Shown here piece after piece: positions 53,950-64,000 of a stretch of 64,000 nt of DNA; the stretch's first letter is position 1; each line of letters opens with the position of its first letter. The position numbers and the translations under genes were made by a program. The stretch comes from Eledone cirrhosa (lineage: Eukaryota): NCBI GenBank assembly GCA_964016885.1, contig OZ024745.1, positions 96,658,001 to 96,722,000 of the forward strand. The letters run 5' to 3'. The notes beneath the pieces were generated by a model, which was not told the origin of the DNA, searched no databases, and saw only the letters and a list, made by a program, of their open reading frames with translations.

Positions 53950-54930
53950 ATCTCTTTCTCTTAATTTCGAGTATATTTTTTTGACTGGCCACCTTCCTGG
54001 TGGCAAGGTTGTAAAATAAAATAAATTGTCATCCCTTGAATCGCAAGAATGTTTTGCAAATTTTGAAGGTGCCACCTATCGCAGCCATTTGTAGACTATG
54101 AATTAGGGAGCTGCGCTCTTTGTCCGCAAATCAAAGTTCAGTCATACTTTGGTCCAAGCGGGTTGCTATATAACCCGTAGCTCCAATAATGATGGGTATG
54201 AAGCTAAAGGTGTATCTTGGATACTGGATTTGTAAAATCCTCATCAATGGTCCTTAGATGACCTCCTTCTCCTGTATTTTTCTGACAACGTTTACATCAA
54301 GTGGGCAGCTGATCTCCACAACAGAACACGTTTTCAATGTGTGGTCCCAAACAACAATATCAGGCCGGTTGTGCTTTTATTTGGTGGCAGTTTTTATTTT
54401 CAGGTTCCACCAATATTCCTTAGTGCCATCTGTCTCAATATATTCTTCCTCGTTTGTTGTTAATGTTGTTTTCCGAAGTGCGTTCCAGATGGTTCTAGCT
54501 ATCCCATGGTGTCTCATGGGGAGGTAGTAGCGAGATGACATTCTTTCGCAACTGGCAACAATGTGGCTTACATCCTCGATCTTTGTTTTACATAGCCTAC
54601 ATTTATTGTCAGCTGATGGTCCTCCGCTTTTGTGCAGCCGATATTTGGTAGGGAATTATTGTTCCTGTATTGCATAGAGATATCCCTCAAGGTGTGATGT
54701 CATAAACTTGTCGGAACTCCATGCCAGGCTTTTTTAGTAGTTTATCCCCTCTATGGTCTGTGTTTTACGTCTCAAGTATCCATGCACAACTTTTTTTGCA
54801 AATTGGTCAATGTTTTCATCTTGTTTGAACATTGAATAGGATCTTCCGATTTCTCTGGGTGAGAGATTTATATCAGGCGTTATTCCATATCTCTCCTCCT
54901 GATCAGTGGCTATTCTAATGATATATTTTT
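53950..54930 (-). mobile_element. R4/Dong family A, degraded 3' fragment
   Basis: Aligns to 57368-58350 with more substitutions. Confidence 0.9.
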
Positions 54931-54954
54931 TGTATGTATGTATTTACCTATGTA

Positions 54955-55280
54955 TCTTGTTCTGATTTTATAATTTCACAAAGTTTTACCAATAGAGAGA
55001 GAGTCTGTTTCTAACATAGACATAAGACTCTCTCATTGGAATTTACACAACATCAACTAGGTAGATATGTATGTGTGCATGCATGTGTAGATATGGATGT
55101 TATTGTATGTGTGGATGTGGATGTTTTGAGTTGTATGTGTGCATGTGTATATGCTTTTTATCTGTACATGTGTATATGCAGTTATTAGATGCAACATTTT
55201 TGGAATGTTTTACATATTTTTACTGTTCCATTAATGGATTGTACTTGTAGTTTCCTAACTAGTTGTGTTCTTTCTGTTCT
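54955..55280 (-). mobile_element. R4/Dong family B 3' fragment
   Basis: Matches 53128-53447. Confidence 0.8.
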
Positions 55281-55282
55281 GC

Positions 55283-55691
55283 GGGAGAGATGACCCCTTA
55301 GCCTTTGTCAAGGCAGAATTCTAGGAGAAGGAAAACTCTGATATAACACCTGCAACCCTGATGGTATCCAATGATGTTGACTTGTTCTTCTTTTTGGTAA
55401 ATATCATCTTGGTTAAGAGAGTGGGACTGGCTTTGTGCAGTGCTTTTGCTCACTATAAAAGCTTCACGGCGCAGGCATTGCTTTATATCTGGAGATCTCT
55501 TTGCACTTGTCATCACATGGTACCATGGGCCCAGCACTATGTGTCAATAATTGTGACAAGTGTAGCGTTTGTACCAGAGTTTTCAAGTCGCTGGCTGGAC
55601 TATAAAGTCACACTCGTTCAGCGCATCAGTAGGGGTTCTCCTACATGGATATAAAGTAGTGGCCGTACTCGAAAACGAGTTGGCAGCCACC
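55283..55691 (+). mobile_element. Non-autonomous RTE-derived retroposon
   Basis: Near-identical to 6455-6863. Confidence 0.85.
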
Positions 55692-55825
55692 ATGTCTGCA
55701 TGTATGAATGTTTGTATGTATGTATGTATGTTTGCATGTATGTATGTATGTATGTATGTATGTATGTATTATGTATGTATGTATGTATGTATGTAGGTTT
55801 GTATGTATGTATATTTGTATCTATG

Positions 55826-56820
55826 CTCTTCTGGTTTCATAATTTCACAAATTTTTCCCAATAGAGAGAGAGTCGGTTTCTAACATAGACACAAGACTCA
55901 CTCATTGGAATTTACACAACATCAACTAGGTATATATGTATGCATGTCTGCATGCATGCATGTGTAGATATGATGTTATTGTATTTGTGAATGTGTATGT
56001 TTTGAGTTGTATGTGTATATGCTTACTATCTGTACATGTGTATATGCAGTTATTAGATGCAAAATGTTTGGAATGTTTTACATATTTTTACTGTTCCATT
56101 AATGGATTGTACTTGTAATTTCCTAACTAGTTGTGTTCTTTCTGTTCTTGTGAAGCCCAGCTTCTCAAGATTTGTATTGAGGTAGTTACTAACATATCCC
56201 AGTGCCCCAATAATCACAGGCATAAATCTGAAGGTATAATCAGGGTGGAGTATCTGCAGATTTCTCATCAGTTCTGCATAAATAATAAATATTCTCCTTT
56301 ACGCTAATCTTTGATATCATATTGGCATCTGCTGGACAGCTAACTTCCACTACTGTGCATGCCTTCTTTTCCCTGTCCCATATCATAATATCTGGTCTTT
56401 TATGCCTGCATTTTATTGGGGATTTTACTGGAACATTCCACCAGTACTCTTTCATATTATGTATATATATGTCTTCCACATATATATACATAATATGAAA
56501 GAGTACTGCTGTAGCTTTTAATGTGTTTATTATCGGGCCTATCTTTTCTACGGATTGCATTGTACAGTGTTTTGGCCAATACATCATGCCTCATAGGTAG
56601 ATAGTACCGCGATGACATCTTTGGACAGCTGCTTATGACATGGGTGACATCTTTGATGTTAATTCTGCAGAGTCTGCACTTGTTATCACATCTAGGTATT
56701 TTGCCTGCATCCCTATCTCTTTTGTGAATCAGTTATTTCGTGTTGATTTCCTGTTCTGGGATTGCAAAAGCGTATCCCTCAAAGTGGGAGCTAATATAGC
56801 GGTTGTTGGTCCAAAATCTA
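55826..56820 (-). mobile_element. R4/Dong family B, ~1 kb degenerate 3' fragment
   Basis: SSHFEGYAFAI.EQEINTK, EYWWNVPVK..HKRPDIMIWD..VVEVSCPAD. Confidence 0.85.
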
Positions 56821-56923
56821 TATGTATGTATGTTTGTATGTATGTTTGTATGTATGTATGTATGTATGTATGTATGTATGTATGTATGTATGTATGTATG
56901 TATGTATGTATGTTTGTATGTAT

Positions 56924-57328
56924 GAGATGACCCCTTAGCCTTTGTCAAGGTAGAATTCTAGGAGAAGGAAAACTCTTATATAACACCTGCAACTCTGATG
57001 GTATCCAATGATGTTGACTTGTTCTTCTTTTTGGTAAATATCATCTTGGTTAAGAGAGTGGGACTGGCTTTGTGCAGTGCCTTTGCTCACTATAGAAGCT
57101 TCACGGCACAGGCATTGCTTTATATCTGGAGATCTCTCTGCACCTGTCGTCACATGGTACCATGGACCCAGCACTATGTGTCAATAATTGTCACAGGTGT
57201 AGTGTTTGTACCAGAGTTTTCAAGTCGCTGGCTGGACAAAAAAGTCACACTTGTATAGCGCATTGGTAGGGGTTCTCCTACATGGATATAAAGTAGCGGC
57301 CGTACTCGAAAACGAGTTGGCAGCCACC
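56924..57328 (+). mobile_element. Non-autonomous RTE-derived retroposon
   Basis: Near-identical to 6459-6863. Confidence 0.85.
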
Positions 57329-57367
57329 ATGTATGTATGTATGTCTCTATATATGTATGTATGTATG

Positions 57368-60300
57368 TTTTCTCTTTCTCTTAATTTCGAGTATATTTTT
57401 TTGACCGGCCACCTTCCTGGTGGCAAGGTTGTAAAAGAAAAGAAATTGTCATCCCTTGAATCGCAAGAATGTTTTGCATATTTTGAAGGTGCCAGCTATC
57501 GCAGCCATTTGTAGACTATGAATTAGGGAGCTGCGCTTTTTGTCCGCAAATCCAAGTTCGGTCATACTTTGGTCCAAGCGGGTTGGTATATAACCCGTAG
57601 CACCAATAATGATGGGTATGAAGCTAAAGGTGTATCTTGGATACTGGATTTGTAAGCTCCTCATCAATGGTCCGTAGATGTCCTCCTTCTCCTGTATTTT
57701 TCTGACAACGTTTACATCAAGTGGGCAGCTGATCTCCACAACAGAACACGTTTTCAATGTGTGGTCCCAAACTACAATATCAGGCCGGTTGTGCTTTAAT
57801 TTGGTGGCAGTTTTTATTTTCAGGTTCCACCAGTATTCCTTAGTGCCATCTGTCTCAATATATTCTTCCTCGTTTGTTGTTAATTTTGTTTTCCGAAGTG
57901 CGTTCCAGATAGTTCTAGCTATCGCATCGTGTCTCATGGGGAGGTAGTAGCGAGATGACATTCTTTCGCAGCTGGCAACAATGTGGCTTACATCCTCGAT
58001 CTTTGTTTTACATAGCCTACATTTATTGTCAGCTGCTGGCCCTCCTCTTTTGTGCAGCAGATATTTGGTAGGGAGTTCTTGTTCCTGTATTGCATAGAGA
58101 TATCCCTCAAGGTGTGATGTCATAAACTTGTCGGAACTCCATGCCAGGCTTTTTGAGTGATTTATCCCCTCTATGGTCTGTGTTTTACGCCTCAAGTATC
58201 CATGCACAACTTTCTCTGTAAATTGGTCAATTTTTTTTTCTTGTTTGAACATTGAATAGGATCTTCCGATTTCTCTGGGTGAGAGATTTATATCAGGCTT
58301 TATTCCATATCTCTCCTCCAGATCAGTCGCTATTCTAATGATATTTCTTTTTTCATGCTCATAAACCTGAGCAAGATGGTCGCCAACCTTTTTCCTCTGT
58401 TGAAGGTGTTGCTTCAGTGTTACTATCCGGGTCTCATATGTTGTTAATATTGATTTTAGACCCCGGCCACCTTCCTTGCGTGAGAAGTATAGCCTATCCA
58501 CATCACCATTGATGTTAAAGTTCCCAGTAACACTGAGAAGTTTACGAGTTCTAACATCCATCTCACTTAGTTCTTGCAATGACCAGTTCAGTAGGCCAAA
58601 TGTTGGCGTTAGAATTGGCACAGCATAGGTATTGTGGGCAATGTATTTGTTGTATGCTGACAGTTCTGATGACCATATTTTTTTTACTCTTCTGAGGTAT
58701 TCAGTTCTGGTTCTCTCCTTATTTATGGGTCCATCATATCTGACATTCTCATCCTGTCCAAGATATCTGTAGTTGTCACCTGACTGCAGAGGTTGTATTG
58801 TCAGGCCGTTCATATCTAGATTTCTAGAGGAGGGCACAGCTCTTCCACGTTTTACTGCCAAATATGCACACTTGGACTCACCAAATTTCATTTTGATGTC
58901 GGTTGAAAATTGTGTAATGAGGTCCAATTGTTTCTTGATGTCATTGATATTTGGCCCATACAACTTCAGGTCATCAACAAAGAAAAGATGGGAGATACTT
59001 CTGGGCCCACTTCTTTGTCCACCTTGTTTCCTGAGTAGGTAAGATAGTGGATTCAGTGAGAGAACGAAGAGTAGTACTGACAAGCTATCACCCTGAAAGA
59101 TGCCCTTCTGGTAATGTATCCTATCAGTCTTAACCTGCTCCTTCTCACCTCTAAGGATCAAATTGGTGTACCAGTTCTTGGTCAGGCGTTCAACAGCAGC
59201 TACTAATGGTTGTGGGACTTTAGCTAACTGTAAAGCCTTAATAATCCACCCATGAGGTACACTATCAAATGCTTTTTGATAGTCCAGCCACACGACAGTC
59301 ATGTTTCTGCGATTCTTTGTTGTTTTTTCCTGAATCATTTTGTTAGTTAGTAGGTGATCTATGCAACCCCACACCTCCCTCTTTCCACCAGCTTGCTCAG
59401 GTGTTATGATGTTGTTGGTAGCACAGTGATCCTGTAAGAACAGGTTAAGGCACCCAGTATATAATTTATACATGATGTTTTGGCAGGCAATTGGGCGGTA
59501 ATTTTTAGCAAGGGTGGTTTGGCTATTTTGGGGAATGAGGAGAGTAGTGGCAGTTGATAACCATCTGGGCAGTTCTTGTGTGCCCTTAATGGTTTCTGTA
59601 AACAGCCGTATGAGATCTTGCCGATAGAAAGTGAAATTCTTCAACCAGTATCCTGTAATGAGGTCTGGGCCTGGCGATTTCCTATTCGACATTTTCTGTA
59701 GAGCTGTTTCCAGTATTGACCCATCTATGTCATATTGTTTTGTCTGGACATGTTGGCAGTAGTCCTGTTCCAGTTGTTTTAGCCAATTAGCTTGTCTGTT
59801 GAATCCGTCATCCGTTTCCCATACAGATCTCCAGTAGTTCTCAACCTGTTCTTTTGAAGGGGTGTCGTTTACAGGGATTGAGCTTTTGCCACCGAAGCTG
59901 CGATAAACTGATTTAGGATCTCTGGCAAACAATCTATTTAGCACTTGTCGTTTATGGGCTGTTGACTTATATTTTAGTCTTTCTGTTGTAGCTGTGAGTT
60001 GTTGTTTCAACTGGTGTAATTTGGAGTTCAAAGTTTTAAATTTGGTATCTCCAAATCGTCTCTCTAACTTTTTCTTTAGGTCTTCCTGGTGTCGTGTGAA
60101 GTTTCTCTCTATGTTGCATTTCATAACGACTGCGATGTGTGAGATACTTCGTCTCAGGGACAAAATTTTGGTTTTTAAATTTCGCATCCACGCTGGTTCA
60201 GGCTTTCTGTTTGTATCTTGATTGCGTGGTTTTAGATGTGTGTTATATGATAGCAATGTGACAGCTGAAACATATAACAAAACATTGAGCGTTTCAAATG

Positions 60301-61593
60301 TCGTTTCTACACCTTTAGATCGTATAGCCTTCAGATAATTGCCAGCTATTTCGTTCACCGCTTCCAATTCCAATTTAGTGGGTTCTTTACTGACTCTAGT
60401 GTTGTATGGTCTGTCACTCACATTAAGGCTGTGTATCTCTTGAAACATATCGTTCCATATCACTTGTAGGGTGCCCACAAGTTTTTGGTGCTCTGTTTGT
60501 TCAGTAGAGTCATGAATTGCAGCCTCGTTGTTGATGTGGTGACAATTACTACTAGAGTCAGCTGACCTTTCTCGCTGTTCTTCAGTGGAAGTGGGATGGA
60601 TTTCAGCAAAATTGTTGGTGAGCTGTTCACTGTTAGATTTAGCCGGCCATTCTCTTTGTCTGTCAGTGGAGGTGGGGTGGTTGTCTACAAGGGCTGTATT
60701 TGTAGTATCACTCGATTCCGTTAGATGTATCAATTTACATCTAATGATACGTTTTGCCTGTTCATTTAGATGCTTTGGAGAAAAGTCTAATTCTGGGTGT
60801 TTGGAGTTCCATAAAGATTTTAGCCTTTGCATAAAACCGAACTTTTGGGGTTCAGATTGTTTGTATGCTTCATATAATTCTTTGTTAAGCTCGTAGCTCC
60901 ACTGTATACAACGGTTGTAATTGCGATTTGGTCGAAGGAGACTTGTACTTTTTGCCATGATGAGTTCGTCTATTCACTAATATTTTGTATTTATTTTTTT
61001 TTAAATAGTCGATGATCTTCTTTAAAAGTTACGACAAAGTTCTGTCAGAATCAAATTTAAAGTTATTCACAGCTTGGGTAATATTTCTTTTCAGTTAGTT
61101 TTTAATTCTACAACTGTGTTTTAAACGTTGTTCTTGAATCGTTTGAATCGAGAACAAAAAGAACCGTTACTTAGTATATTCCTTAACGAATGTAATATAA
61201 TATAACAACGCTGTATTTATATGTTAAAGTTTATGTATCATTCATATAAATAGGTGTTCTACAACATATTCACAACATTCACAGTTCAAACACTTATATT
61301 TTTGTTTCTGAATCGAAAACGTTACTTTTATATTTCTTTATAAATGTAATATAACAACGTTGCATTTATATGTTAAAGTGTATGTATCGTTCATATATCA
61401 TAAGTGTATGTATCGTTCATATAAATAGGTGTTTTACAACACACTTACAGTTCAAACACTTATGTAGAATTATTGTATGTAATCTTACCGCGTAATGTAG
61501 CTCAACTTTTTCCAATATATGGTATGTTGCCTTCATGTAAGCCGTAATTACACACGTCCAATTATCGGACACTGACCACAACGGTCGCCATTG
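57368..61593 (-). mobile_element. Probable full-length R4/Dong family A retrotransposon
   Basis: Intact ORF, ~80-nt 3' UTR with hairpin GCCACC/GGTGGC, and ~630 nt of upstream sequence ending exactly at (TATG)n. The 5' boundary is inferred. Confidence 0.8.
57449..60958 (-). CDS. R4/Dong-clade polyprotein: Myb-like domain, reverse transcriptase, CCHC knuckle, restriction-like endonuclease (1169 aa)
   Basis: WSYELNKELYEAY; KSPGPD; YRPIAC; WLDYQKAFDSVPH; GIFQGDSLS; FFVDDLKLY; CRLC..HIVASC; RHD; RPDI..EISCP..K..Y. Uninterrupted. Confidence 0.95.
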   Translation of the reverse strand: MAKSTSLLRPNRNYNRCIQWSYELNKELYEAYKQSEPQKFGFMQRLKSLWNSKHPELDFSPKHLNEQAKRIIRCKLIHLTESSDTTNTALVDNHPTSTDRQREWPAKSNSEQLTNNFAEIHPTSTEEQRERSADSSSNCHHINNEAAIHDSTEQTEHQKLVGTLQVIWNDMFQEIHSLNVSDRPYNTRVSKEPTKLELEAVNEIAGNYLKAIRSKGVETTFETLNVLLYVSAVTLLSYNTHLKPRNQDTNRKPEPAWMRNLKTKILSLRRSISHIAVVMKCNIERNFTRHQEDLKKKLERRFGDTKFKTLNSKLHQLKQQLTATTERLKYKSTAHKRQVLNRLFARDPKSVYRSFGGKSSIPVNDTPSKEQVENYWRSVWETDDGFNRQANWLKQLEQDYCQHVQTKQYDIDGSILETALQKMSNRKSPGPDLITGYWLKNFTFYRQDLIRLFTETIKGTQELPRWLSTATTLLIPQNSQTTLAKNYRPIACQNIMYKLYTGCLNLFLQDHCATNNIITPEQAGGKREVWGCIDHLLTNKMIQEKTTKNRRNMTVVWLDYQKAFDSVPHGWIIKALQLAKVPQPLVAAVERLTKNWYTNLILRGEKEQVKTDRIHYQKGIFQGDSLSVLLFVLSLNPLSYLLRKQGGQRSGPRSISHLFFVDDLKLYGPNINDIKKQLDLITQFSTDIKMKFGESKCAYLAVKRGRAVPSSRNLDMNGLTIQPLQSGDNYRYLGQDENVRYDGPINKERTRTEYLRRVKKIWSSELSAYNKYIAHNTYAVPILTPTFGLLNWSLQELSEMDVRTRKLLSVTGNFNINGDVDRLYFSRKEGGRGLKSILTTYETRIVTLKQHLQQRKKVGDHLAQVYEHEKRNIIRIATDLEERYGIKPDINLSPREIGRSYSMFKQEKKIDQFTEKVVHGYLRRKTQTIEGINHSKSLAWSSDKFMTSHLEGYLYAIQEQELPTKYLLHKRGGPAADNKCRLCKTKIEDVSHIVASCERMSSRYYLPMRHDAIARTIWNALRKTKLTTNEEEYIETDGTKEYWWNLKIKTATKLKHNRPDIVVWDHTLKTCSVVEISCPLDVNVVRKIQEKEDIYGPLMRSLQIQYPRYTFSFIPIIIGATGYIPTRLDQSMTELGFADKKRSSLIHSLQMAAIAGTFKICKTFLRFKG

Positions 61594-62084
61594 TATGTAT
61601 GTATGTATGTATGTATGTATGTATGTATGTATGTATGTATGTGTATGTGTATATATATATATGTATGTGTGTGTATGTATGTATCTATGTGTGTGTGAAT
61701 GTATGTACATAATATTAGAATACACGTATACATATGCGTATAAGTATATAGAATGATACAATTATGGTAGTTTTACAGAAGTTCTAATCATTGTTAATCT
61801 ACACAGGCACAATTAAAATAGTAGGATAAATAATGTTTGTACAGAATTACATAGATATAAAATAGCATAGCTGATTGAACGTATAGCATTACCAGGCAAA
61901 AAAATATTTGGGGAGAATATGATGTTGTGTTAAACTATAGTTGATTTAAAATATGTCAATTTACCAGGTTAAACATTTGGCAATCTCACTGAAGATATAT
62001 ATCTTCTTATGCTTATTTATCTGCAGAAAAATACACATAGAGTAAGTGTATATTATGTGTGCGTGTATACATAGGTATATGTCT

Positions 62085-62650
62085 AGCTGTTTAAGGATGT
62101 CATAAAGGACAATCTTAAAGTTCTGAAGATTGATATGGAGAACTGGGAGAGACTTGCTGAAGGCTGTACACCACGGAGAAAGATCGTCAAATATGGATGT
62201 GATGTCTTTGAGAAAAAGCGAGCGGAGCATGCTGTTTTCAAGCGTTGACTTCGTAAGCGGGACTCAAGTGGAATGCCTGCAAAAATTCAACAAGATTTCA
62301 GGTGCAATATATGTGGCCGATTTCTTCTAACATGAGCTGGTTTTGTTAACCATCTGAAATCACATGAGGCAGGGAGAGATCGAGCCAGCAGTGAGATAGT
62401 TCTACCGCCACACACCCACGGTATATTTCTAGTGAGTGTAGCTTAATTTGAAAGTCAGCAAGTGATCTGGCCATATATGGTAAAATGCACGAAGACACAC
62501 CCCAGCCGGTTTTACCAGGAGACAGATATCTCACATCTGCGACCGTATCTGCAAAACAAAAGCGGGTTTGAAAAGTCACCTGCGTGCACATGATCGTGAA
62601 GTTTTCAATGAAAGGGTGGCACTCTTCTGACAAGAAGTAGCAATCAACAC
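62085..62650 (+). mobile_element. Degenerate RTE 3' fragment with zinc-finger remnants
   Basis: FKDVIKDNLKVLKIDMENWERLA..; C..C..KAGLKSHLRAH. Confidence 0.65.
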
Positions 62651-62808
62651 ATATACATTGCGTGTAACAGCAATACTTTACCATATATTTCAGCACTACT
62701 ACATTGTATGTCTTAATTGAGTTTTTTAGAATATAAACAACCGATTATAGTCATAGGTGAAGTATTTCCAGGCTATTAAGTGAAATTCTAGTCTTTGTGA
62801 TACAGCTG

Positions 62809-62925
62809 TCTTCTTCTTCTTCTTCTTCTTCTTCTTCTTGGTGAGGTCGTGAGTCCTCAAACACACCTTCCAGCTAGTCCTGTCGGAAGCAACCGTCTCC
62901 AACTGATCCGGCTTGATCCCCAAGC
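62809..62925 (-). mobile_element. RTE-type LINE extreme 3' end with (AAG)n tail
   Basis: LGIKPDQLETVASDRTSWK followed by (AAG)n. Confidence 0.55.
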
Positions 62926-63197
62926 GAGATCAGCCGAGCTAATGAATGCAACCAACTTGGTCGTGGTCTATCGCTGAGTCTCCTGCCAGTTGGTTTTGCC
63001 CGTAAAATCTAATACAGTTAAAACAATGTTATATATGTAGTGATCGCCATTTGCTCTACGACACTGTTCATACATCTAAGATGGTATATCTGCCACATCG
63101 CCAGTTTATCCGTTTCATACAGATGGTTTTACTCCCCAACACTCAGCTTTGATCTTATTTCAACAATGGACTTTGTCCTCATTATGTCTCTTCCTTG

Positions 63198-63252
<55 letters not shown>

Positions 63253-63274
63253 TCTCCACTACTACTACTACAAA

Positions 63275-63336
<62 letters not shown>

Positions 63337-63489
63337 TGAACCATTCATCACAGTATTACTTACTATTACATTCAGTGTCGTTTCTTTACCTACGCTACAA
63401 AATCTTTCCAGGTACATTTTACTTAACTCTTGACTAACCAAAATTTCCTGTCTGAAACTAGCAACTTTATATAATCGACTCCATCAATT

Positions 63490-64000
63490 GTTGGCCTTGT
63501 GCCTAAATTAAAAACCATCAGTATCGGTTGAAGGTCGGACGCCATGCTTTGTAGCATAGAGCTGCGACCATTTTCGGTCTGAATTCAAATCCCACCGAGG
63601 TTAACTTTGCCTTTTATCCTTACAGGGTCGATAAAATAAAGTACCAGTAATGCACTGGGATAATTTCTGGCCTTGTACCAAAAGTAGAAACAATTATTAA
63701 TATAGGCTGGCAGTAACGGTAGAACGTCAGACACCATGCTTTACGGCATAGAGCTATGACCCTTTACGTTCTGAGTTCTAATCCCGCCGAGGTTAACTTT
63801 GCATTTCATCCTTACTCGGTCGATAAAATAAAATACCAGTAATGCACTGGGGTAATGGGGTAATCGCTGGCCTTCTACCAAAAATAGAAACAATTATTAA
63901 TAAAAGCTAGGACGGTAAATTGGCAGTAACAGTAGAGCGTCGGACAAGATGTTTTGCGGCATATAGACTTTCTAAGTTCGAATAGTGAATGTTCTGAGTT
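63490..64000 (+). mobile_element. Head-to-tail array of SINE family A (>=3 units)
   Basis: Units start at ~63520, ~63708 and ~63920. Confidence 0.8.

Overview
This is eukaryotic, repeat-saturated DNA. The SINE families and the dense (TA)n/(CA)n/(TATG)n microsatellites suggest a cephalopod, probably Octopus (inference). No host protein-coding gene can be supported, and most ORF-track entries are microsatellite artefacts. Real coding content is retrotransposon-derived: R4/Dong-clade RLE LINEs (one intact 1169-aa ORF), Tx1/L1, RTE, RTE-X and CRE fragments, plus a mariner end. Two organised systems stand out. (1) At least 8 short elements embedded in (TA)n tracts come from several sequence-unrelated families but share one architecture: an inverted arm and a direct arm carrying a minimal type-I hammerhead ribozyme (often one on each strand), then a conserved YACTC...GAGTRCT hairpin, then a short tail. 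They are best explained as Penelope-like pseudo-LTR remnants. (2) A ~14 kb (TATG)n 'landing pad' (47.3-61.7 kb) holds two R4/Dong families always on the minus strand. An RTE and its internally deleted non-autonomous derivative, with (ATGT)n tails and a candidate HDV-like 5' fold, always lie on the plus strand. All coordinates and folds were read by eye.
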